Source: Hormiphora californensis
Taxonomy: Eukaryota > Animalia > Ctenophora
Direction of reading: 5' to 3'
Length of the DNA stretch: 64,000 nt
NCBI GenBank assembly: GCA_020137815.1
Contig: CM035352.1
Span: 4,092,001-4,156,000 of the forward strand
The notes below the pieces were generated by a model. It did not search any database, was not told the DNA's origin, and was given only the letters and a program-made list of their open reading frames with translations. How positions within the stretch are numbered: position 1 is the first letter of the stretch; the number at the start of each line of letters is the position of its first letter. The translations under genes and the position numbers were made by a program. Positions 55,298-64,000 of the stretch are shown here, in pieces.

Positions 55298-57335
55298 ATT
55301 TTTTTAATCAAGATATACTAATATAACTCCCGATATATCTTCTACATAACAAGGAGTCCCCACACATTTTAAAAGGGGTGCACGTTTAAAAAGGTAGCCT
55401 CAAGAATATTGTTTATATTATGAAAGTTGCTGAACATAAACATGACCTAACAGATCATACTAGCCGGCAGGGGTGCCCGCTGTTGCCCAAAAAGTTCTGG
55501 GAGTTACAAACCCCGACGGTGACAGTTAGAAGAAAACCACGCACACATAGCTCAGCTGGCGAACCATTTTCAGAGCAACTAATTACCAGGCACATCACCG
55601 GCCCCAAAAAATAGTGCGAGTGTGTGCGATGAAATTAGAAACGCGCTGTGTGCAGTATCATACGGGGGACAACGTGTTTAACAGAGATTTGGATGAATTG
55701 CCCCTGCCATGCAAAGTGCGTGTAAAAACGCTACACGCAAATAAAATGGGAGAATGAGAGAGAAAAGAAGAGAATAAAGGAAGAGAGAGGGGAGAAAGAG
55801 AAAAGAGTAGAGATAGAGACGAGAGAGAGAAGAGCGAGGAGGTTAAAAATGGCGAAAGGTGGGGAAGGATTGAGCTAAAAGGGTTCTACTAGAAGGGGAC
55901 GACATTTCAAATACTAAACCTTTATCGCCTTTTTAGCCCACCCGAATTCATGCGCATCCCGGTTACGGCAATGGAGGCATAATTAAAAGATTCATCTAAC
56001 GTGCCGGGAAGAGACCCCCAAGAAGGGAAAGTGATTAATGGGAAGGAGAAAAAGAGATCAGAAGAGAGAGATAAGAAAGATTTACTTTTGGCCCGTGCCT
56101 CTTGATTTGGTCCCCCTTCTCCGGGAGATTCGTTGAGCTTCCCGATGGCGTAATTCTGGAAAGGTAAAAGGAGACGATGCATAAGGAGATAAACACAAAC
56201 AGCAGTCCTTTTACCCGTCCATTCTTTATGTGTCCCCCTACGTAAAGGGGATCGGTGGGGAAAGCAAATATGCATAATTTGCCTGCCGAAAGAGAACAAT
56301 ATAACGGAGAAAATGAATAGACAATTTAAAATGATCGGGTAAAAGGACAATAGAGGAATATCAAATGTTCACAATAAACGGAAAAAGCATAAATTAGAAA
56401 CGGAGACCTCATGCCGATCTAAAATTCATGGCAACAATCCACTACAATCGGTGTTCTGTGCCTAATTTCTCTTTATAGAGTGTCTGGCAGCAACCATAGT
56501 GAGAACACGTTCTTCAAACAACGACTCTCTTCTCTCTCCTCTCTCTCTATCTTCTCCTTCTCTCTCGCGGCATCCTTTCCTAAGTACTCATCGTTGAGTT
56601 GTCGCTGCACACTACCTGCTTCTACTACACCACGATCACTGCTCATGCATATGAGAGATGCGAGAGAGATAAGAGACAGAGATGAGAGAGTAGACTGAGA
56701 GGAGATGAGAATGGGATCACGAGAGAGACGTGCGAGACAGAACTCCGAGAGGAAGAACAGAAAAATAAATACGTGGAGAGAAATTACAAAAAAAGTGAAA
56801 CTCAAAAATAATCAAGAATTCAATATAACTCGTGCCAAATAGTCTCAGCCAATTTGTACTCCTGTTGGCCATTATAGCACAGTCTATTGGAACTCCCAGC
56901 TGTGGTTCAACTCATGTTTTTTTTATTGATTCTGTGGCTCTCTTTTTCAATTTGGACTTCTCTCACCAAATTGGGTTCGTGGTTTTTATGTCTCCAGTTT
57001 GGTTATGATGGCTCTTTCCAGTTGGTACTTGATAGTGGGCGTTAGATAGTGGGTGACATGTTTAATTTCCTACAATGGGGGATGAATGTGAGGCCTGAGG
57101 GTGAAATGGAGTACTAGGAGAAAATGGGTGTTAAAATCTGGTTCAGTTAGTGGGGAAGTGGGCATGTAAAGTAGTCAGCCCGCGATGATATGGTGAACCG
57201 TGAACTGGAGGAATAGTTTACACCTTTAGTTAAATACGGTCAAAACACAGAATTTTGGTAAAAACTAAAAGAGTTTAAAATTGCCCAACACACAGACAGA
57301 CACAGAAATTCCCTAAAAGTTCGTGTCAACATTTC

Positions 57336-60300
57336 TCAAAACCAGTTCTCAGCGCCCTTGATCTCATTTGCAGTTTGTCTCTTGTCTCGGTTCAGATAAT
57401 ACTTCTCCCCCTTCTTTATTCGACTCTGCTTGGCTCTCTTCTTCGCTTCGTTCGCCCGTACTTTCTTCTTTATATCTTCCTTCGATACCTGAAGAAGAAA
57501 AGAATTGAGGAAGACAGCGGGATCCTATATCAAAATTGTAGTGATAAACGTGTTACATTGAAAACTTTGGACTGGGACCTATTTTTAATCCAAATTGCTA
57601 AAAATAACCTCGAATTCCCTCATTTTCAAATTTCAACAACTTTATGAGCCCCATTTACCTTGCTAGATTGGACAACTTTAAATGTATGCACTGCTTTCTT
57701 GGCCTCCTCCTTCTCCTTCTTATCGCGATAGGGAAGATAGGTAGAGTTTTCTATCGGATCTTCATCATCTTCTTCCGACGACTCATTATCGTCTCCTTCT
57801 CCTGTTTTCTCCCCCTCTAATTTAGGGCCATCCTCTTGCACCTCTAGTTCAGGGCATTCTTCCTCTTCGCTCTCTTCTTCACTTTCTTCTTCTTCTTCTT
57901 CACTTTCTTCTTCTTCTTCGTCTTCCGACTCACTCTCTCCCTCCTCATCTCCCTCCTCCTCGTCCTCTCCCAGATCCTCCTTCTTGAGAGTCAGTTCCTC
58001 AAATTGTGATGCCAGATCTCTGGAATATCCACTAGCCTTCATCTCCACGTCAACTGCGCTCTCACAAACTATCTGGAGGGAGGGAATGACATAATAATAA
58101 TAATAATAATATAATATTCCGCGCTTATATACCGCCCATACCCGACAGAGACATGTCAAAATATTGACGATGTTCCGCCGAATCATCAGAGCGGTATATC
58201 CTCGACTACTTATATGACACACTCGAACAGCTCTGGTTGAAAAACAATATATAGACGACTAAATAAACTTGACTTATAAAACTGAGGGAATAACTGGTCC
58301 CATAATCCTGTAGATATAAATTAAAACACACTATACTCACACCTGCTCGAAAAAAGGATACTAGGTAATGAATTAATAACATGGCTAGAGAGAGGATGAC
58401 ACTGATTGCCCGCAGGCCCCACAACTACAACAAACATTACAACTCAGCCATGGGTTCCCCATCACCCACTCCAAATGCACCAACGAAGAGATGTGTTTTC
58501 AGCCGGGTTTTGAAAGTATCCACATTGGGGATTGACCTGAGCTCAAGAGGAAGCTCATTCCAGACAGAGGGCAGGAATACTGATAACCTCCTACGTCTCA
58601 ACTTAGAGTTGGCATTGATACTGGTCATCTTTGGATGTTTTAACCTATAGGGATCCGGAACATTAGTCATCCTCGTTGTCCTAGAGGTTCCCCAAGTCTC
58701 ATCACGTGGCACCAAATCCTGGAGATAACACGGGGCTGTTCCATTGACTATTTTGTAGGCAATCAAACATGCTTTGAAGTCCAACCTGTAGGAGATCGGT
58801 AAAATATGACATTGCCTGAAATACTCCATGTAGTTGTCCTGGTGTCCGTGGAGGTTAAATACAAAACGAACACAGGCATTGAGAAGCTTCTGGAGCCCAC
58901 TGAGAACTCGACCAGGAAGTCCACAATACAGAATGTTACTGTAGTCTATCCTCGATAAAATCAACTGTTTGACCAACATTATCTTTGTTGGGATATCAAA
59001 ACACCTGTGCAGTTGCCAAAGGTTTCGTAACATCAGTCCACACTGTTTCCTCACATTGTTAACCTGTCGTTCAAGGCCAAGGTTATGATCCAAGAGAATT
59101 CCCAGGGTTTTACCATCTGTTCCACTACATTCACTGGGGGAGATTTCCGTTCCTCCAAAGTTAATAACTGGATCAAAAGAGACTTTGCTTAGAGAACTGC
59201 GCTTTCCAAGCAGGATGAATTCCGTTTTGGCCTCATTACACTTCAACCACTGCCCTACCATCCACCTCTTCACCTTCGCCAGACACTCCTCAATATCCAC
59301 CTTTGCCTCAACCCAGCCAGCAGCATCCGTAGGAACCAGACTCACGTAGAGCTGGGAATCATCTGCATATAACTTTATCCGGAGTCCATATGGCTCCACA
59401 ATATCTTGTACAGCCTCGATGTAGAGTAGGAACAAAATAGGACCAAGGAGGGACCCTTGAGGGACTCCACAAAGTAAAGCAAGGGTTTCCGAAAGGCAAT
59501 CACCGACCGAAACTCTAAAAGATCTGGAACTCAAATAGCTTAATAGCATAATAGATAAATAAATAAATAAATCAATGATATAAATTGTGACAGGGAGATA
59601 AGTATGAGTTTTTCATCATGATTTGAATCACTCACATCAGAGAGGTAGGGTCTGTCATCAGAATCAAAATTGTATCTCTTTCTGAACCACGTCCTTATAC
59701 ACTCCACATCTCTGTCAAAGTAGTACTCGGCATTCGCGTGAGAGGTAGAAATCATCTGAGAGCGAGAGAGGGGAGAGTAGGTTACTATTGAGTCTCATGG
59801 GTAAACATGCTGGTTGGAAAAATGGAAAATGGAAAAAATTTGTCAAACCAACACATGAACTGAAATTTAAATCCGCGGCAGGAAATCCGAGCAGAGCAGC
59901 GTATGGTATGGAGTCTCACCTGGGGTAAATCAATAACGGTAATACGTTCCCGGTCATCGATCATCAGATTAAATTCGTTAAAATCTCCATGAATAAGTCC
60001 CATCTGTGCTAGACGAGATACTAGATCCATCAAACGAGTATAAACCTGAAAACAAAACAGGGGGTTGAATATTATTATAGTTGGGGAACATAGAACCAGG
60101 TTAACTTAATTAATCAAAACCACTAATTACCTTCGCTGTGTTGGTGATAGTCTTCACTTGGGAAAGAGGATATCCCTGGACAAGTTTCATCACAATAGCA
60201 TGCCTGTTCCAGGAGATGGGCTCTGGTACGGGGTACCCCCTCTCGTGAAGTGCCTTCAAAAATGAGTATTCTCGCTCAGCCGCCAGACGAGACAAGTACA

Positions 60301-60751
60301 ACCAAGAAGCGTTCTTTCGTCGCTTCAAATAGTCCCTCTTCTCCTTTACCTTGCGGAAACAAACCCGACCAAGGCGGTGCAACTTTAGGACATGCTGTTC
60401 TCCATTCTCATCAGCTGCTATGTAGATATCCGACTCTTTGCCCACACCAATCTTGTTTCCTATCGAGTACACAGCTTCCTGGTTACAGAGAGACCGCAAG
60501 GCGAGGTAGTCATACCCAGCGTAGGTAAGATGATACCCCCGGATACCGTTCTTATGATCATACCGCACCAGTTTGTATTGTACCAGATCTCTGAGAATCT
60601 TGTAGCAGCCACCGTGACGAAGATTTGCAATGGAAGCTATCAGCTCGCTAGGTACCACTTCATGGTTCTTCATGCCCATCTCCAGGGAGACAAGACATCT
60701 GAATTCCTCCCTCGAGAGGTATCTCAGTTGTCGGACGTCAAACTTAACCAT
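57336..60751 (-). CDS. RIOK2: Serine/threonine kinase RIO2 (exons 60131-60751, 59920-60045, 59636-59755, 57659-58072, 57336-57488)
   Basis: [90 protein letters not shown] and an acidic tail. All junctions are GT-AG and in phase, ending ENWF*. Confidence 0.96.
58091..59540 (-). mobile_element. 5'-truncated L2 LINE in RIOK2 intron 3 (uninterrupted RT C-terminal ORF 58437-59549)
   Basis: [43 protein letters not shown]...[10 protein letters not shown] and a (TTA)n tail at ~58091-58115. Related to, but diverged from, the full-length copies. Confidence 0.92.
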
Positions 60752-60756
60752 GACCG

Positions 60757-60775
60757 CTATAAGGAAATAACAAGG
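60757..60775 (-). promoter_or_regulatory. Splice acceptor 5 nt upstream of the RIOK2 ATG (candidate SL trans-splice site)
   Basis: The minus strand reads TTGTTATTTCCTTATAG|CGGTC ATG. Confidence 0.55.
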
Positions 60776-60821
60776 TTAAACGTTACAATCTGAATGAGAG
60801 CTCATTGAAAGCTTAAGAAGC

Positions 60822-61150
60822 CAGGGACGGAGCTGGGCCTCCGGGGTGGGGGCCCCGGGCCAGGAGTGGCAACCGCCAACCACGGTCAGAGGGTGTGGTG
60901 GTAAAACTTCCCAGCCCCCGCGGGTGGGATGCAGACTGCAGAGCCCCGCCGGTGAGCAGGGTCCAGTCGCTGCAAGTTCAGTCCGAGAAGATGTTTTGCA
61001 AACGCTGCTGGCCCTATGATAATAGGCGCGGGATAAGGCAGCGCTTTTCAAGAAACTGGTTCGACCCAAATCCAATTTTGGTCCTTGGCAAACGTTGCTG
61101 GCCCCCGCGCGGGATAAGGCAGCGCTTTTCAATTTTGGTCCTTGAAAAAA
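60822..61150. mobile_element. GC-rich structured segment, probably the left part of a Harbinger-like MITE interrupted by the CRE insertion
   Basis: Starts CAGGGACGGAGCTGGG...GGGGCCCC and contains GCAGAGCCCC/GGGTCCAG motifs. Two copies of a hairpin also found at ~10528. No right end in the window. Confidence 0.35.
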
Positions 61151-61165
61151 AAGTTTTTTTTTTTT

Positions 61166-61207
61166 GTTTCAAACTTTTCAACACTACTTTAAACAAATTA
61201 ATTTGAG
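61166..61207 (+). other. Spliced-leader exon sequence fused to the 5' UTR of the CRE element
   Basis: GTTTCAAACTTTTCAACACTACTTTAAACAAATTAATTTGAG matches the Pleurobrachia-type SL as I recall it. It is followed by AT, not the GT donor of an SL RNA gene. Confidence 0.8.
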
Positions 61208-61250
61208 ATCTCTTCCCACCCGGCCCTTGGCGGTCGGTTTAGGTGCAGCA

Positions 61251-64000
61251 ATGGTTGAAAGGACGAGCAAAGGGAGGCAGTCTAAGCGAAAGACAACAGC
61301 TGCCAAGGCAACCAACATTCCCTCAACTTGTCCACATCCAACCCCGCCAACGCCAGACAGCCCTCCACACGAGTCAACAGCTGACCCTTGCCCTACCTGT
61401 AAGGTAGACTTTTGGATCAAGGACGGTCTCGATTGTATTCAGTGTGAGAAATGCGATGTTTGGTTCCACGCTGCTTGTGAAGGGCTATCAGAGTCGGACT
61501 TTCAGGATATTCCATCTGAGACTCCCTATTACTGTCACAACTGTGCCGGTATTCCCGACTTCTCACCTGCAACACCACTAACAGCAACGTGGGGCGATCT
61601 TTCAGGGCAGGTGATTCTTAATGAACTGTCAGCAGCCTACTCAAAGATTGTTGGCTGGCGCCCGAACCTATTTAAACTACCCAAAGGTAACGCTGGGCGA
61701 GCTTTTGTGTCGGAGGTCAATAGACTTTTGAACGCATGGACCGTCAGATCAGACCTTGAGATGGTTGCTATTTTGGCCGTTAATACTATCGGGGCCCTAC
61801 TGCTACAGAAACCTGGGAGAAGATCAACCCAGAAGGAAAACATCAACGCTCTGAGCAGACGGCTGGAACTATGGAAAGCGGGAAATTTCTCTGAATTACT
61901 ATCGGAGTCGATAGCGATTCAGAAAAAGCTAAATTCCGGCTCATCAAACAGTGAAAGCACTAGGAAGGGTTTTGCACGGCTTATGATGGCGGGAAGGGTT
62001 AATAGTGCCATGCGTCTTCTCAGCACATCCCAATCAGCTCCACTAGAAGTAACTCCAGACCTTATTGAGAAACTCCAGAGTAAACACCCTGCGGCTGCAC
62101 CCCTGAGCCGAAAACACCTCGTGTCTACAGTACCTGCTCCCAGTTTCGAGAATGCCACTTTTGACAGCCTCGATGGTGTTGCTATCAAACGGGCTGCAAA
62201 ATCTACCCGTGGCGGCTGTGGACCGAGTGGTATGTCATCCGAGCTATGGTCCCGTATGTTGTGCTCCAAGGCATTTACTAAAGAAGGCGACAACCTAAGT
62301 TTTAGTCTGGCCCGATTAACAAGGAGAATATGTACAGAGCTAGTGGATCCCACGACCGTATCCTCACTACTGGCTTGTAGGCTAATCGGACTAAACAAAA
62401 ACCCTGGGGTGAGGCCCATTGGAATCGGTGAGGTGTTACGTCGAATCATTGGACGTACTGTCACCCAGCATCTCCGAAGTGAAATTATTCTATCTGCTGG
62501 TCCGCTGCAGCTTGCGGCTGGGCAAGAGGGAGGCTGCGAGGCAGCAATACATGCTATGAATGAATATTTTGTGCGAGATGAAACTGAAGCTGTATTGTGT
62601 GCAGACGCTTCTAATGCTTTTAATGTATTAAATCGTAACACGTGTCTTATTAATATGAGATATTTATGCCCAGAGTTTTCTATTTTTCTAATCAATTTTT
62701 ATCGCTCACCAGTAAAACTATTTTTATACAATGGCGAATATGTATTATCGTGTGAAGGAACCACCCAGGGAGATAATGCAGCAGCACCTTTTTACGCCAT
62801 TTCCCTTCGCCCCCTGATGGAGGATTTGTCATCATGTTCGGACTTTCAGCTGTTTTATGCTGACGACGGTGCTTCGGCTGGGAAACTGATGAAAATCCGG
62901 GAGTGGTGGCAAAAACTTTGTGAGCGGGGCCCGGGATATGGATATCTCCCTAATGGTTCGAAATCGATCCTCCTTGTCAAAGAACAATATCTACAGAAAG
63001 CCATTGACATTTTTGCTGGAACTGATGTTATAATAACAACAGAAGGGGTTCGATACTTGGGATCACCCATCGGGACCAGTGCCTTCAAAACTAACTTTGT
63101 TTCTGAGAAAGTAGAAGAATGGAGCAAGGAGTTGAAAGTTTTGTCGGAAATTGCAACTAGTGAACCACAATGTGCCTACAGTGGTTATACGTTTGGTTTA
63201 TCTAAAAAGTGGTTATTTCTAATGAGAACAACTGCAGGGATTGCAGAACTTTTTACGCCCTTGGAGACCTGTATCAAGGATTCTTTTATCCCTGCCCTGA
63301 TAGGTCCAAACACCCCTCCCAACATCAGAGCTCTCTTCTCTCTCCCTGCACGTGATGGTGGGCTCGGAATTTTGATTCCGACAGAACAGGCGGCTGCTGA
63401 GTTCATCAACTCTTCTCAGGCGACCCAGCCTCTTAAAAATCTCATTCTGGAACAAAAACTCCTAATCAGTGAAGAACGCTCGGAACTCCTCCTGTGGGAA
63501 GCGAAAGGAGCTAAGGCTGCAGTCCTGAAAGTAAAACGATCTACACAGAATGCCGAAAAAGAACAAATCCGGGCACTACTTTCAACCTTTGACCAGCGAT
63601 TATTCGAGGAGATCTCGTCTAGAGGGGCCTCTAGCTGGTTAACTGCTCTGCCCTTGGTGGAACACGGATTTGTCCTGAATAAACAGCAATTCAGAGATGC
63701 CCTGCTACTACGCTACAACTTACCCTTTGAGGGCATACCATCTGTTTGTGCGTGTGGAAAATCAAACACTCTCGAACATTGCCTTTCATGTGCCGTGGGA
63801 GGTTACGTGTATTTACGGCACAATAACATCCGAGACCTCACAGCTAACATCCTCGTGGAGGCCGGCTGCAAAGACGTCCGTATTGAGCCGCAGCTCCTAC
63901 CCATAACTGGTGAAACATTCCAATTCAAATCTACTATCACTGTTAACAGTGCCCGTTTGGATGTTTCTGCCCGGAATGTGTGGAGTGACCTCGATAAGGT
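61251..64000 (+). CDS. CRE-type polyprotein: PHD finger, RT, CCHC, start of RLE (>900 aa, no stop in window)
   Basis: PHD (C4HC3) at 61389-61544. Motifs GPSG, LLACRLIGLNKNPGVRPIGIGEVLRRIIG, GGCEAAIHA, DASNAFNVLNR, EGTTQGD, FYADD (62853-62867, in frame), YLG, CACG...HCLSC...RHNNIRD...EP...RLDV. Confidence 0.9.
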   Translation, partial: MVERTSKGRQSKRKTTAAKATNIPSTCPHPTPPTPDSPPHESTADPCPTCKVDFWIKDGLDCIQCEKCDVWFHAACEGLSESDFQDIPSETPYYCHNCAGIPDFSPATPLTATWGDLSGQVILNELSAAYSKIVGWRPNLFKLPKGNAGRAFVSEVNRLLNAWTVRSDLEMVAILAVNTIGALLLQKPGRRSTQKENINALSRRLELWKAGNFSELLSESIAIQKKLNSGSSNSESTRKGFARLMMAGRVNSAMRLLSTSQSAPLEVTPDLIEKLQSKHPAAAPLSRKHLVSTVPAPSFENATFDSLDGVAIKRAAKSTRGGCGPSGMSSELWSRMLCSKAFTKEGDNLSFSLARLTRRICTELVDPTTVSSLLACRLIGLNKNPGVRPIGIGEVLRRIIGRTVTQHLRSEIILSAGPLQLAAGQEGGCEAAIHAMNEYFVRDETEAVLCADASNAFNVLNRNTCLINMRYLCPEFSIFLINFYRSPVKLFLYNGEYVLSCEGTTQGDNAAAPFYAISLRPLMEDLSSCSDFQLFYADDGASAGKLMKIREWWQKLCERGPGYGYLPNGSKSILLVKEQYLQKAIDIFAGTDVIITTEGVRYLGSPIGTSAFKTNFVSEKVEEWSKELKVLSEIATSEPQCAYSGYTFGLSKKWLFLMRTTAGIAELFTPLETCIKDSFIPALIGPNTPPNIRALFSLPARDGGLGILIPTEQAAAEFINSSQATQPLKNLILEQKLLISEERSELLLWEAKGAKAAVLKVKRSTQNAEKEQIRALLSTFDQRLFEEISSRGASSWLTALPLVEHGFVLNKQQFRDALLLRYNLPFEGIPSVCACGKSNTLEHCLSCAVGGYVYLRHNNIRDLTANILVEAGCKDVRIEPQLLPITGETFQFKSTITVNSARLDVSARNVWSDLDK

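Larger units (their letters stand above)
61166..64000 (+). mobile_element. CRE-clade non-LTR retrotransposon (single ORF, RT plus restriction-like endonuclease); runs off the window
   Basis: SL, 43-nt UTR and a long ORF (see the CDS entry). Confidence 0.88.

Noticed and set aside
56985-57069. Possible minus-strand exon EIKHVTHYLTPTIKYQLERAIITKLET* after an acceptor
   Set aside because: Short, no recognisable homology and no partner exon identified.
60788-60990. Self-cleaving ribozyme or snRNA upstream of the CRE (CTGA...GAAA at ~60790; multibranch fold 60825-60984)
   Set aside because: Lacks the hammerhead CUGANGA core and the HDV P1/P3/P1.1 arrangement, and matches no snRNA, SRP or RNase P consensus I know. 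A MITE end is simpler; an Infernal/Rfam scan would settle it.
60990-61207. An intact SL RNA gene (SL exon plus Sm-like AATTTTGG at ~61075 and ~61131)
   Set aside because: The exon is not followed by GT, and the Sm-like motifs are upstream of the exon rather than downstream.
61637-63455. Minus-strand ORFs up to 258 aa
   Set aside because: Antisense shadows of the CRE ORF.

Overview
Repeat-rich animal genomic DNA with (GA)n microsatellites, short GT-AG introns and one 100-N gap. It is most likely from a cydippid ctenophore (Pleurobrachia/Hormiphora-like); I infer this from a spliced-leader (SL) sequence and a MITE recognised from memory. Three host genes lie on the minus strand: a divergent POU-homeodomain gene running off the left edge, a ~27-exon RIM-binding-protein-like gene (coiled coil-SH3-FN3x3-SH3) and RIOK2. 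Mobile DNA includes a 5'-truncated RNase H-bearing LINE, L2 LINEs, an apparently intact CRE-clade (restriction-like endonuclease) retrotransposon with a PHD finger, a hAT-type MITE, and three unrelated 1-1.6 kb near-perfect palindromic DNA transposons (MULE-, Kolobok- and Chapaev-like by target-site duplication, TSD). Two large duplications (23.4-38.7 kb and 38.6-56.9 kb) look like uncollapsed haplotypes or assembly overlaps. Main finding: the same 37-nt sequence, matching the ctenophore SL exon, sits at the exact 5' end of full-length elements of two unrelated retrotransposon clades (L2 and CRE). This suggests retrotransposons whose 5' ends are made by SL trans-splicing, with the SL's terminal AG possibly regenerating an acceptor in each new copy.
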